From positions 63,435 through 127,434 of the forward strand of contig JBDHHA010000001.1 in assembly GCA_039589615.1 (NCBI GenBank): 64,000 bases of DNA, read 5' to 3'. Shown in pieces: positions 29,337 through 39,074 of the stretch. The stretch comes from Gemmatimonadota bacterium. GTDB taxonomy: Bacteria; Gemmatimonadota; Gemmatimonadetes; Gemmatimonadales; GWC2-71-9. Below the pieces are notes generated by a model. It did not search any database. It was not told the DNA's origin and saw only the letters and a program-made list of their open reading frames with translations. How positions within the stretch are numbered: position 1 is the stretch's first letter; each line of letters starts with the position of its first letter. The translations under genes and the position numbers were made by a program.

Positions 29337-30320
29337 GTGGGTGACGTGAGCACTGTGGAGGAAGTGGGACGCGACACGCTCCACCGGATGCTCTACTACA
29401 TGAAGCTGCACCGGGCGTACGAAGATCGGATCGAGGTCGTTTACCGCCAGGGCAAGCTCGCCGGGCCGGTGTTCGTGGGTCGCGGGCAAGAGGCCGTCGG
29501 CGTCGGAAGTGCCATCCAGTTGGGGAAAGACGATTTCATCTTTCCGTCCCACCGGGATCTCGGTGCGTTCTTCATCAGAGGTATGACGCCGGAAGCCGTC
29601 TCGCTCCAGTACTTCGGACGGCGGGACGGGCCCATGCGGGGTCGCGACGGCAACACCCACATGGGGGACTGGAGTCTCAACATCGGCATCTTCGTGAGCC
29701 AGATGGCGGACACCGTACCGGTGGCTGCCGGAGTAGCATTCGCGCTCAAGCAACGTGGCCAGAACAACATCGTGCTGTGCTACAACGGTGACGGCGCCAC
29801 GAGCCGAGGGGACTGGCACGAAGGGCTGAATCTCGCCGCCATCATGCAGCTCCCCGTCGTGTACTTCTGCGTGAACAACCAGTACGCGTACTCGACACCT
29901 GTGGACAAGCAGATGGCCGTGGAGTGCGTCGCGGAGCGGGCGTCGGGGTACGGCATGCCGGTGGACACCGTTGACGGCAACGACGTCTTGGCCGTGTACG
30001 CCAGCGCGAAGGCGGCCATCGAGCGTGCCCGGAGCGGTGCGGGCCCCTCGTTCATCGAGTGCGTGACATACCGGATGACGGGACACGGCTCTCACGACGA
30101 TGCCAGATATGTTCCCGAACAGTTCTTCGAGGAGGGGAGGGAGAGGGATCCCATTCCCAGGCTCATCGCCGCACTCCAGGCACACGATATGGTGACGGCC
30201 GCCGAGATCGCCCACATGGACGCACGCATCACCTTGGAGGTCGAGGACGCCATGCAGAAGGGCGAGGAGGGGGCGTTGCCCGAGGGGCCCGAGGCGCTCA
30301 CCGGCGTCTATGCGGAATAG
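29337..30320 (+). CDS. TPP-dependent 2-oxoacid/acetoin dehydrogenase E1 component, alpha subunit
   Basis: TPP-binding motif YNGDGATSRGDWHEGLNLAA...VNNQYA and E1-alpha loop YRMTGHGSHDD. GTG start immediately after the upstream TGA. Confidence 0.85.
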   Translation: MGDVSTVEEVGRDTLHRMLYYMKLHRAYEDRIEVVYRQGKLAGPVFVGRGQEAVGVGSAIQLGKDDFIFPSHRDLGAFFIRGMTPEAVSLQYFGRRDGPMRGRDGNTHMGDWSLNIGIFVSQMADTVPVAAGVAFALKQRGQNNIVLCYNGDGATSRGDWHEGLNLAAIMQLPVVYFCVNNQYAYSTPVDKQMAVECVAERASGYGMPVDTVDGNDVLAVYASAKAAIERARSGAGPSFIECVTYRMTGHGSHDDARYVPEQFFEEGRERDPIPRLIAALQAHDMVTAAEIAHMDARITLEVEDAMQKGEEGALPEGPEALTGVYAE

Positions 30321-30323
30321 CCC

Positions 30324-31292
30324 GTGATCACCTACCTCGAGGCCATCAGCCAGGCGCTGCGCGAGGAAATGCGCCGCGATTCCGACGTCTTTCTCTTGGG
30401 TGAGGACATCGGGAACTTTGGCGGTGCGTTCAAGGTCACCGAAGGCTTTCTCGAGGAGTTCGGTGCGGAGCGCGTCATCGACACGCCCATCGCGGAGGCG
30501 GGTTTCACCGGCATGGCGGTGGGGGCGGCGATGATGGGCATGCGGCCCGTGGTAGAGTATCAGTTCAGCGACTTCATGTCCTGTGCCTTCGATCAGATCA
30601 CTAACTTCGCCGCAAAGACGCACTATCGCTTTGGTGTGCCGGTTCCCGTGGTGTTCCGGGCCCCCACCGGCGGCGGTTTCAACGGCGGCCCGTTTCACTC
30701 GGGCTGCCTGGAGTCGTACTTCGTGCACACGGCGGGACTCAAGATCGTGGCCCCCGCCACGGTGTACGACGCCAAGGGGCTACTCAAAGCTGCTATTCGG
30801 GACAACAACCCGGTGCTGTACCTGGAGCACAAGCATCTCTACCGTCGCGTGAAGGCCGAATTGAACGGTGATGACTACGTGGTCCCCATCGGGGAAGCCG
30901 CCGTACGGACGGAGGGCGACCGGCTCACCGTGCTCACCTATGGTGCGATGCTCCACGTGTGCTTGGACGCCCTCGAGAGTATTCCCGGCGCTGACGGGGC
31001 GGTGGAGGTGATCGATCTCCGAACGCTGGTGCCGGTCGACAGGGAAACGGTGCTCGCTTCGGTCAAGAAGACGGGCAAGGTATTGATCGTGCACGAGGCC
31101 GCAAAGACGGGAGGATTCGCCGGCGAGCTGGCGGCAATCATCGCCGATGAGGCGTTCGAGTTCCTGGACGGGCCGATTCGGCGGGTGACGGCGCCGGATA
31201 TTCCCGTTCCCTTCAGTCCACCGCTGGAGGACTTCTATCTCCCCAGTGCGGACGACGTGGCGGCGGCAGCACGGCAACTTCTCGAGTTTTGA
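30324..31292 (+). CDS. 2-oxoacid/acetoin dehydrogenase E1 component, beta subunit
   Basis: Typical E1-beta sequence (LLGEDIGNFGGAFKVT, DTPIAEAGFTGMAVGAA, YLEHK). Starts 3 nt after the E1-alpha stop. Confidence 0.85.
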   Translation: MITYLEAISQALREEMRRDSDVFLLGEDIGNFGGAFKVTEGFLEEFGAERVIDTPIAEAGFTGMAVGAAMMGMRPVVEYQFSDFMSCAFDQITNFAAKTHYRFGVPVPVVFRAPTGGGFNGGPFHSGCLESYFVHTAGLKIVAPATVYDAKGLLKAAIRDNNPVLYLEHKHLYRRVKAELNGDDYVVPIGEAAVRTEGDRLTVLTYGAMLHVCLDALESIPGADGAVEVIDLRTLVPVDRETVLASVKKTGKVLIVHEAAKTGGFAGELAAIIADEAFEFLDGPIRRVTAPDIPVPFSPPLEDFYLPSADDVAAAARQLLEF

Positions 31293-31295
31293 GGA

Positions 31296-32441
31296 ATGAT
31301 GATGCGACGCTACACGTTCCTGGCCTTCGGCGCTCTGGCATGGTCGGCGTGTGCCGGCGAAAGTGAAGCGCCGTACTATCCGCCTCCCGGCGATGCTTGG
31401 GAAACGCGAACGCCTGCGGAAGTCGGCATGGACGCCACCCTGGTGGAGCAGGCGGTCGAGTATGCCAGGACCCACGACAGCGAGGTCGTGCCGTACGACT
31501 ACTCGGGCCACGAGGAGAAGTTCGGCAAACTCGAAGGGCCCTTGCCTGATGAACGGGGTGGTCCGGCGGGAATCATTCTGCGCCACGGGTACATCGTGGC
31601 CGAGTGGGGCGACACGCAGCGCGCCGACCTGAGCTTCAGCGTCACCAAGAGCTTCGTGTCCACCATGGCGGGGCTGGCCTTCGACCGCGGGATGATCGGG
31701 AGCACCCAGGATCCCATCGGCAAGTACGTCACGGACGGAAAGTTCGACTCGCCCCACAACGCCCAGATCACATGGGAGATCCTGCTCCAGCAGTCCAGCG
31801 AGTGGGAAGGGATCCTCTTCGGCAAGTCGGACACGGCGGACTTCTATCACCGAAGAGGAAGAGAGCTTCCGCGGCAAGCGCCTGGAACCTATTACGAGTA
31901 CAACGACGTGCGGGTGAACCTGGCGTCGTATTCCATACTGCAAGTGTGGCGACATCCGCTGCCGGATCTATTGAAAGACCTGGTCATGGATCCCATCGGA
32001 GCGTCGGACAGTTGGACGTGGCACGGGTACGCCACGTCCAACGTGGAGATCGACGGGCAAACCATCAACTCGGTTGCCGGCGGTGGACACTGGGGCGGCG
32101 GTCTCTGGATCAGCGCCCGGGACATGGCACGGTTCGGGTATCTCTTTCTGCGCCGCGGCACGTGGGACGGTGACGACATCATCTCGTCTGAATGGATCGA
32201 CATGGCCACCACGCCCAGCGCGCTGCGCCGGGATTACGGTTACATGTGGTGGCTCACCCCCGACGACGCGGACCCGCCGGGCACGCCGGCGTCCACGTTC
32301 GCCGCCCGGGGGTACGGCTCCAACATGATCTGGATCGACATGGAGCGCGATCTGGTTGCGGTGGTGCGATGGTTTGGGGGTAGGGCACCGGAATTCTTCG
32401 GGCCGCTGGTGGAATCGGTGGAGGCGAAGCCGATCGAGTAA
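31296..32441 (+). CDS. Serine hydrolase (beta-lactamase/transpeptidase-like fold), secreted
   Basis: SxxK motif in FSVTKSF. Leader and lipobox-like WSAC. Starts 3 nt after the E1-beta stop. Confidence 0.75.
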   Translation: MMMRRYTFLAFGALAWSACAGESEAPYYPPPGDAWETRTPAEVGMDATLVEQAVEYARTHDSEVVPYDYSGHEEKFGKLEGPLPDERGGPAGIILRHGYIVAEWGDTQRADLSFSVTKSFVSTMAGLAFDRGMIGSTQDPIGKYVTDGKFDSPHNAQITWEILLQQSSEWEGILFGKSDTADFYHRRGRELPRQAPGTYYEYNDVRVNLASYSILQVWRHPLPDLLKDLVMDPIGASDSWTWHGYATSNVEIDGQTINSVAGGGHWGGGLWISARDMARFGYLFLRRGTWDGDDIISSEWIDMATTPSALRRDYGYMWWLTPDDADPPGTPASTFAARGYGSNMIWIDMERDLVAVVRWFGGRAPEFFGPLVESVEAKPIE

Positions 32442-32704
32442 TCCCCCCTTAACGTCCCTAACCACAACCAATCCCCAAATCGGTAAACCCCGCTCACGGC
32501 AAGGCTATGTCGAAGGGCCCTTGCGGTCACTTGTTGCACAATGTTGGCCTCAGTCGTTGAGATAGTGGGACCTTTACCGTGTCTGCTTTAGCCGAAGAGA
32601 TTGGTAGAAAGTCGTCCCTGAGTCCGTATATGAAGCAGGCCAGCGACACAGATGAAAAGGTGAGTGATGCTGGCTGTTGAAGGGCCACGAAGGAGAGAGG
32701 CAGA

Positions 32705-33499
32705 ATGAGACGAATACGGTTTTTTTTCGGAATGACCTTGGCGGCCGCGATAGTCGCCGGGTGCGGCGATTCGACGGGGCCGGGGGTGGTGCAGGAGGGC
32801 TCCGAGTGGACGGGCCAGGTTTCTGTGGGGAACACGATCGAGATCAAGGGAGTGATAGGCGATATCCAGGCCTACCTCACCGCAGAGCCCGAAGTCACCG
32901 TCAGTTGGATCAAAGAGGGCCACAGGGACGATCCGTCCGAGGTGCGGGTGGAAGTCGTCGATCATGCGGGCGGCGTGACGATCTGTGCGGTGTATCCGGA
33001 TGTTGGCGGTCGACCTGCTAACGAGTGCCGTCCCGGGCTCTCCGGGAACATGAGTACGGGCGACAACGATGTCGAGGTGAACTTCATCGTGTGGGTGCCG
33101 GTGGGAGTGCATTTCACCGGCCGCACCGTCACGGGTGACGTGGAGGCAGTGGAAATCCGGGGTGACGCGTATGGGATCACCGTGACCGGTGACGTGAACC
33201 TGTCGACCACGGGCATTGCCGAGGCGACCACCGTGACCGGCTCCATCAACGCCTCGATCGGCGAAGCCGACTGGGGCCGCGACCTGCATTTTACGACCGT
33301 GACGGGGAGTGTCTGGGTGAGAGTTCCGGCGGCCACGAACGCCGAAGTTCGGGCCACGACGGTAACCGGGAGCATCTCTTCGGACTTTGGCCTCCACGAG
33401 ATTTCGGAGGGCACGGCACGGGGGACGATTGGGAATGGTGGGCCGATGCTGATGCTCACGACGGTGACCGGGAGTATCGCGCTCAGGCGGGGAAGCTAG
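32705..33499 (+). CDS. DUF4097-like beta-strand repeat lipoprotein (putative adhesin fold)
   Basis: Lipobox IVAGC. Six copies of the T-V-T-G-(S/D) strand motif at regular spacing. Confidence 0.65.
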   Translation: MRRIRFFFGMTLAAAIVAGCGDSTGPGVVQEGSEWTGQVSVGNTIEIKGVIGDIQAYLTAEPEVTVSWIKEGHRDDPSEVRVEVVDHAGGVTICAVYPDVGGRPANECRPGLSGNMSTGDNDVEVNFIVWVPVGVHFTGRTVTGDVEAVEIRGDAYGITVTGDVNLSTTGIAEATTVTGSINASIGEADWGRDLHFTTVTGSVWVRVPAATNAEVRATTVTGSISSDFGLHEISEGTARGTIGNGGPMLMLTTVTGSIALRRGS

Positions 33500-33573
33500 G
33501 GCCGCGATCGTGTGATGGCGCAGCATGCCTGGCGTCCCACAGCGCGCGAAGGGACGCCGGGCATGCGAGCCCT

Positions 33574-34560
33574 TTACGTCTGACTTTTGGTCCCCTCCAG
33601 CATTTCCCGAATCCCACCGATCGAGCTGAGCACCCCAGTGGCCTCATAGGGCAGGTACACGACCTTGTTGTCCTTGCCCGACACCATTTGTTTCAGGGCT
33701 TCGATGTAGCGCACCGCGATCATGTAGTTGCCGGGATCGCCCTGGCTCGCGGTCAACGCATCGGTGATCTTGGCGATCGCCCCGGATTCGGCCTCGGCGA
33801 CCCGCAGCCGGGCTTGGGCCTCGCCCTCGGCGACCAGAATGGCGGCTTGCTTGGCGCCCTCGGCTTCCTGGACCTGGGCTTCACGCCTTCCCTCCGCCTC
33901 GAGGATCCGTGACCTCTTGTCTCCTTCCGCCTCGAGGATTGCGGCGCGTCGGTCCCGCTCGGCGCGCATCTGTTTCTCCATGGCGTCGCGGATGTCCGCC
34001 GGCGGGTTGATGTCCTGCAACTCGACGCGGTTGACCTTCACGCCCCACTTGTCGGTTGCCTGATCGAGGATCGCCCTCAGCTTGTCGTTGATCGTATCAC
34101 GCGACGAGAGGGTCTCGTCCAGATCCATCTCCCCGATGACGTTCCGGAGCGTGGTCTGCGTCAACTTCTCGATGGCATCCGGCAGGTTCACGATCTCGTA
34201 CGTGGCGCGGCGGGGATCGGTGATCTGAAAGTAGAGTAGCGCGTTGATCTCCGTGACCACGTTGTCCTTGGTGATCACATTCTGGCGCGGGAAGTCGTAT
34301 ACGGTTTCGCGCAAGTCGATCTTGGAGACCATCCTGCGTATCACGATCTGCCCGCCCTCGATCCGATGCTGAACGTAACGCCACTCGATGGCCCGGGGAC
34401 GGTCGATCACCGGCCAGATGATGTTGATGCCCGACGCGAGCGTGCGGTGGTACCTCCCGAGTCGCTCGACGATCACGGTTTGTGCCTGTGGAACGATTTT
34501 GAATCCGGCGATGGCCATCGCGACGACGAAGATGACAACCGCACCTAAGACGAATTCCAT
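33574..34560 (-). CDS. SPFH/band-7 (stomatin/paraslipin-like) membrane protein
   Basis: N-terminal TM followed by FKIVPQAQTVIVERLGRY and the SPFH core. Ala/Glu-rich coiled-coil tail. Confidence 0.85.
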   Translation of the reverse strand: MEFVLGAVVIFVVAMAIAGFKIVPQAQTVIVERLGRYHRTLASGINIIWPVIDRPRAIEWRYVQHRIEGGQIVIRRMVSKIDLRETVYDFPRQNVITKDNVVTEINALLYFQITDPRRATYEIVNLPDAIEKLTQTTLRNVIGEMDLDETLSSRDTINDKLRAILDQATDKWGVKVNRVELQDINPPADIRDAMEKQMRAERDRRAAILEAEGDKRSRILEAEGRREAQVQEAEGAKQAAILVAEGEAQARLRVAEAESGAIAKITDALTASQGDPGNYMIAVRYIEALKQMVSGKDNKVVYLPYEATGVLSSIGGIREMLEGTKSQT

Positions 34561-34563
34561 GTC

Positions 34564-35016
34564 TTAGCCCCCTTTTATTGAGTCTTCCGAGACTACCACA
34601 ACCTTGGCGCCGTCGATCTCGACGATGGTAACGGACGACCCCTTCGTGATGGGCTCGCCGGTTGCCGAAACGGCTCTCCAATCCTCCCCGGCCACCAGAA
34701 CACGGCCTGAGTCCGTCGACGGATCGACGGCCTCGAGCACTCGGGCTTCCTGCCCGACCAGGGCGTCCACGTTCGATTTGAAGCCGTGATCACCGGGGTG
34801 AAGCCTTTTCAACACGAAGGGTCGGATGCCGAAGAACGCCCCCAACGTGCCGATCGAAAACGCGAGAATCTGGATCCCGAACGGGAGGCCGACGAGCGCC
34901 GCGATCGCCGACACAAAACAGCCGATGCCGAACGCCGCCAGCACGAACCCCGGCGTGAAGATCTCGAGCACGAACATCGCGACGCCCACGATCACCCAGA
35001 CATGCCAAGGGTCCAT
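34564..35016 (-). CDS. NfeD-family membrane protein (partner of SPFH protein)
   Basis: ATG 35016 (MDPWHVWVIVG...). Three TM segments plus a C-terminal OB-like domain (RVLVAGEDWRAVS). Ends 3 nt before the SPFH start. Confidence 0.8.
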   Translation of the reverse strand: MDPWHVWVIVGVAMFVLEIFTPGFVLAAFGIGCFVSAIAALVGLPFGIQILAFSIGTLGAFFGIRPFVLKRLHPGDHGFKSNVDALVGQEARVLEAVDPSTDSGRVLVAGEDWRAVSATGEPITKGSSVTIVEIDGAKVVVVSEDSIKGG

Positions 35017-35032
35017 TTGCGCTCTCCGTTTG

Positions 35033-35614
35033 TTACCTGCTCGCCACCTGCCCTCGCGCGGCGGCGAACGCCCGTTGGTTGAGTTCCCGGAACCGCTCCG
35101 GAATTCGCTCCTGCAGAGTACGATCCCAGACGTCGTCGGGAATGTCCAGGCACTCGGCGAGCTTGCCCAGGACCACGACGTTGGCGGCCCGGTGATTGCC
35201 CAGCTCGATGGCGGTGTCCGTCGCGTGCAACACCACGACATTGAAGCCCTTGGTCCGGAGGAAATCAATGGCGTCATCCGGGTAGGGACGCCGGTCGGCT
35301 GTGCGAATGGGCTCGACCTTGTGGTCGTTGACGATGATCGTGCCTCCGGGCCTCACGAAGTGGGCGTACCGCAAGGCTTCGAGCTTCTCCAAGGCGACCA
35401 GGTAATCCACCTCGCCGCGGCGGGCCATGGGGGAAAACACTTGGTCGCCGAACCGCACGTGGCTGAACACCGCCCCGCCTCGTTGGGCGACGCCGTGAAA
35501 CTCACCCTGCTTCGTGTCGTACCCCGCCGCGATGGCCGCGAGGGCGAGCAGCTCGCTGGCGAGGACGGCGCCCTGGCCGCCGACGCCTGCGATGAGCACG
35601 TTGGTCACGGCCAT
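35033..35614 (-). CDS. iorB: Indolepyruvate:ferredoxin oxidoreductase, beta subunit
   Basis: ATG 35614. IAGVGGQGAVLAS motif typical of the gamma-like domain of 2-oxoacid:ferredoxin oxidoreductases. Directly follows iorA. Confidence 0.8.
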   Translation of the reverse strand: MAVTNVLIAGVGGQGAVLASELLALAAIAAGYDTKQGEFHGVAQRGGAVFSHVRFGDQVFSPMARRGEVDYLVALEKLEALRYAHFVRPGGTIIVNDHKVEPIRTADRRPYPDDAIDFLRTKGFNVVVLHATDTAIELGNHRAANVVVLGKLAECLDIPDDVWDRTLQERIPERFRELNQRAFAAARGQVASR

Positions 35615-35616
35615 GG

Positions 35617-37356
35617 TCACGCTCCCTCCCCGACGGCGATGGCATCCACCGGACACATCTGTGCACACAGCGCACACCCGACGCACTCCCACTCCCGAAT
35701 CGACGGCCGGTCGATGTCGGGTTGCCACACGAGCGCGGGGCAGCCGGTCTCCATGCACTCCTCGCACCGGATGCAGCCGTCCGTATCGACCCAGTAGTGG
35801 ACGTGCTCTTTGGCTTTCTCGGCGGGGAGCAGCATGCATTGCCGCCGGGCGATGATCACCGATGGTCCGGGATGGTCGAGCCCCGCCTGGATGGCGGTCT
35901 GCGTGGAGTCGATGTCCCACGGATCGACCACCTCCACGTGCTCGACGCCGAGGGAACGCACCAGTGGCTCGTAGTCCACCGACGGAGCGTCGTTCCCCTT
36001 GAGGGTGTGCCCCGTGCCGGGATGCTCTTGCTGGCCCGTCATGCCCGTGGTGCTGTTGTCCAGGAGAATCGTTGTGGTGGGAACCTGGTTGTAGACCGCG
36101 CTGGCCAAGCTCGGCAGGCCACCGTGCAGTAGCGTCCCGTCGCCAATCACCGCGACGACCCGGTCTTCACCGGCTTTGTGGAAGCCGGTGGCGGTGCCAA
36201 TGCTCGCTCCCATGCAGAAGGTGGTGTGCATGGCCTGAAACGGCGGCAGGCATCCGAGGGTGTAGCATCCGATGTCCCCCGTCACCAAGACGCCCAAGTC
36301 CCGCAGCACGCTGAACACGCCCCGGTGGGGGCAGCCCGGACAGAGCACCGGCGGTCGGGGGAGGATCGTCACCTCCCCCGCCAGGTCGGACGGCACCGGC
36401 GTGCCGTTCAAGCCTGCCGCGACGAGGTCGGCGCTCAGCTCGCCGATGTTCGAGAACCGGTCCTTGCCGGTCATGTTGAGGATGCCGAAGCCGGCCATCT
36501 CCTGTTGGATGAAACCTTCGCTCTCTTCCACCACGAACACGGTATCGAACCGGGAGCAGAACTCCTGGAGGCGTTTCTCCGGAAGCGGGTAGAGCATCCC
36601 CAGCTTGAACACGGTGGCGTTGGGCGCCACCTCTTTCACGTACTGGTAGGGAATCCCATGGGTGACGATCCCGACGGTGGGATCGCCCTCCTCGACGACG
36701 TTGCCCTCGAACTCCTCGGCAAACTCGCGCATCGTGTCGAGCTTCTTCTCGAGTTCGGGACGGCGGAAGCGGGCATACACGGGGATGGCGTATTGCCGTG
36801 CCCTGCGGGAGAACTTCCTGCGCTCCGCCTCGGTACGCACCCCCGGCGCGGCGATGCTCCGGGTGTGCGATAAGCGGGTCGTCGTGCGGAACATGACCGG
36901 TGACTCGAAGCGCTCGCTGATCTCGAACGCCGTCTGGACCAGGGCCATGGCCTCGGCGGCGTCGGACGGCTCCAGGAGCGGCACCTTGGCCAGCTTGGCG
37001 AAGTACCGGCTGTCCTGCTCGTTCTGCGACGAGTACATGCCGGGATCGTCGGCGACGAGCACGACGAATCCGGCGTTGGTGCCGGCGTAGGGGAAGACCA
37101 TGAAGGGGTCGGCGGCCACGTTGAGGCCCACGTGCTTCATCGTCACCATCGTCCGGGCTCCGCCGAGGGCGGCACCCATGCCCTCCTCGAACGCCACCTT
37201 CTCGTTGGTGGACCACTGGGCGTCTACCTCGTCGTAGGTCGCCAGGTTCTCGAGCACCTCTGTGCTGGGGGTCCCCGGATACCCGGCGGCGAACGCCACG
37301 CCCGCCTCCCACGCTCCCTGGGCGATGGCCTCGTTGCCGGACATCAGGCGTGACAC
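35617..37356 (-). CDS. iorA: Indolepyruvate:ferredoxin oxidoreductase, alpha subunit
   Basis: 579 aa. N-terminal GNEAIAQGAWEAGV...GYPGTPSTE, a TPP-binding region, and a C-terminal double 4Fe-4S motif (CIRCEECMETGCP and CVGCALCAQMCP). Confidence 0.85.
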   Translation of the reverse strand: MSRLMSGNEAIAQGAWEAGVAFAAGYPGTPSTEVLENLATYDEVDAQWSTNEKVAFEEGMGAALGGARTMVTMKHVGLNVAADPFMVFPYAGTNAGFVVLVADDPGMYSSQNEQDSRYFAKLAKVPLLEPSDAAEAMALVQTAFEISERFESPVMFRTTTRLSHTRSIAAPGVRTEAERRKFSRRARQYAIPVYARFRRPELEKKLDTMREFAEEFEGNVVEEGDPTVGIVTHGIPYQYVKEVAPNATVFKLGMLYPLPEKRLQEFCSRFDTVFVVEESEGFIQQEMAGFGILNMTGKDRFSNIGELSADLVAAGLNGTPVPSDLAGEVTILPRPPVLCPGCPHRGVFSVLRDLGVLVTGDIGCYTLGCLPPFQAMHTTFCMGASIGTATGFHKAGEDRVVAVIGDGTLLHGGLPSLASAVYNQVPTTTILLDNSTTGMTGQQEHPGTGHTLKGNDAPSVDYEPLVRSLGVEHVEVVDPWDIDSTQTAIQAGLDHPGPSVIIARRQCMLLPAEKAKEHVHYWVDTDGCIRCEECMETGCPALVWQPDIDRPSIREWECVGCALCAQMCPVDAIAVGEGA

Positions 37357-37527
37357 GATGGGTTTCGAACTCCTGGCGCAGACGGTGGGGAAGACAGTAA
37401 TCCATTGATATATAGGTCGTTAGCGCCTATCCAGACGTTATAGAATTCTTGACGGATTCTTCATGTTTGCGAGCCGAGTTGCGGTGCACCAGGCGGGGAC
37501 GGAGACCTCTCGCCGGCAGATCTGTTG

Positions 37528-37556
37528 TTCCCATTTCCCTGGAATCGGGCTAAAAT
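37528..37556 (+). promoter_or_regulatory. Candidate sigma70-type promoter for the NSS transporter gene
   Basis: TTCCCA (37528-37533), a 17-nt spacer, then TAAAAT (37551-37556), about 48 nt upstream of ATG 37604, in a 247-bp divergent intergenic region that is less GC-rich than its flanks. Pattern match only. Confidence 0.25.
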
Positions 37557-37603
37557 GACGCGCCCGCCGACCCCAAGGCTCGATACCGTTACCGAGGCTC
37601 AAC

Positions 37604-39073
37604 ATGAACCAACAGAACAACGACCAATTCAATACGCGCTGGGGCATCTTGATGGCGGCCATCGGGATGGCCGTTGGTACCGGAAACATCTGGCGTTTCC
37701 CGCGGGTGGCCGCCGAGAACGGCGGCGGCGCGTTCCTGATTGCGTGGTTGGTGTTCATGTTCGCCTGGTCCATCCCGCTCGTGCTCAGCGAGTTCGCGTT
37801 GGGGAAATTCACGCGCAAGGGTCCGGCAGGCGCCATCGGGCATCTGATCGGCGGCAAGTTCAACTGGATGGGCGTCTTCGTCGGCCTCTGCACCTGTTTC
37901 ATTCTGTTCTACTATTCCGTAGTGACCGGGTGGTGCATCAAGTACTTCTTCGTGTCGCTGGGATCCGGGATGACGGCGGCGGGCGAGGCCGAGAGCTATT
38001 GGCAGAACCTGACCACCGGAAACATCCAGCCCGTGCTCTTCCATCTGATCGCCCTTGTCATCGGGTGTTGGATCATCTCCCGAGGCGTGGTGAAGGGCAT
38101 CGAGCGGACCAACCGCATCCTCATTCCTACGCTGTTCATTCTCCTGATTGTGGCGGCGGCCCGGGCGGTCACGTTGGACGGAGCCGTCCAGGGTCTCGGG
38201 TTCCTGTTCACGCCGGTATGGAGCGAGCTCAAATCGCACACGGTGTGGTTGGAGGCGTTGACGCAATCTGCGTGGAGTGTGGGAGCGGCGTGGGGCCTGG
38301 TCATGACGTACGGGGTGTATCTCAAGAAGCGAGATGACTTCGTTTTGACCGGCTACACCACTGCCTTCGGCGACTACTCGGCATCGCTGCTCGCGGGGAT
38401 CGCCATCATGTGCACGGTCTTCGCGGTGCTGCCCGAGCCCGAGGCGCGCGCGGCGCTGGCGGCAGGCAACGAGGGACTCACCTTCATCTGGCTGCCGCAG
38501 CTGTTTCAGCAGATTCCGGCGGGACGGATCTTCCTCGCCCTGTTCTTCTTGGCGTTGAGCTTCGCGGCCATGTCGTCGCTGATCGCGATGATCGAGATGG
38601 CCACGAGGATCTGCGTGGATCTCGGGATGACGCGGGCGAGCGCCGTGCCGCTGGTGGGTGGGGTCAGCTTCCTGCTCGGACTGCCGTCGGCGTGGAAGCT
38701 CGGCTTCTTCCAGAACCAGGACTGGGTGTGGGGCTTGGGGTTGATGGTGTCCGGGTTCCTGATTTCCCTGGCCGTCATCAAGTTCGGTGCGGAGCGGTTC
38801 CGAAACGAACTCATCAACACGGAGGACGAGCGTCGGCCCATTGGACGCTGGTACACTTTCGTCATGACCTATGTGGTGCCTGTGGAGTTCCTGGCCCTCA
38901 TCACGTGGTGGTTCTATCAGTCAATCAAGGTGTATGATCCCGACGGATGGTGGCATCCGTTCCACAGCTACAGTGTCGGCACCACGGTGCTCCAGTGGGG
39001 TGCGTTGATTCTCGCACTCCTCCTGGCGAACCGGTGGTGGGCGAATCGCGTCGGCGCGAAGACAGGAGAGTGA
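37604..39073 (+). CDS. Sodium-dependent transporter, NSS/SNF family
   Basis: Signature N-terminus RWGILMAAIGMAVGTGNIWRFP, 11-12 TM. Confidence 0.85.
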   Translation: MNQQNNDQFNTRWGILMAAIGMAVGTGNIWRFPRVAAENGGGAFLIAWLVFMFAWSIPLVLSEFALGKFTRKGPAGAIGHLIGGKFNWMGVFVGLCTCFILFYYSVVTGWCIKYFFVSLGSGMTAAGEAESYWQNLTTGNIQPVLFHLIALVIGCWIISRGVVKGIERTNRILIPTLFILLIVAAARAVTLDGAVQGLGFLFTPVWSELKSHTVWLEALTQSAWSVGAAWGLVMTYGVYLKKRDDFVLTGYTTAFGDYSASLLAGIAIMCTVFAVLPEPEARAALAAGNEGLTFIWLPQLFQQIPAGRIFLALFFLALSFAAMSSLIAMIEMATRICVDLGMTRASAVPLVGGVSFLLGLPSAWKLGFFQNQDWVWGLGLMVSGFLISLAVIKFGAERFRNELINTEDERRPIGRWYTFVMTYVVPVEFLALITWWFYQSIKVYDPDGWWHPFHSYSVGTTVLQWGALILALLLANRWWANRVGAKTGE

Positions 39074-39074
39074 G

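Noticed and set aside
28470-30728. 752-aa ORF on the minus strand
   Set aside because: It is antisense to the Cys-rich protein and E1 alpha/beta genes, which have strong family motifs. No recognisable motifs, and Arg/Gly/His-rich composition.
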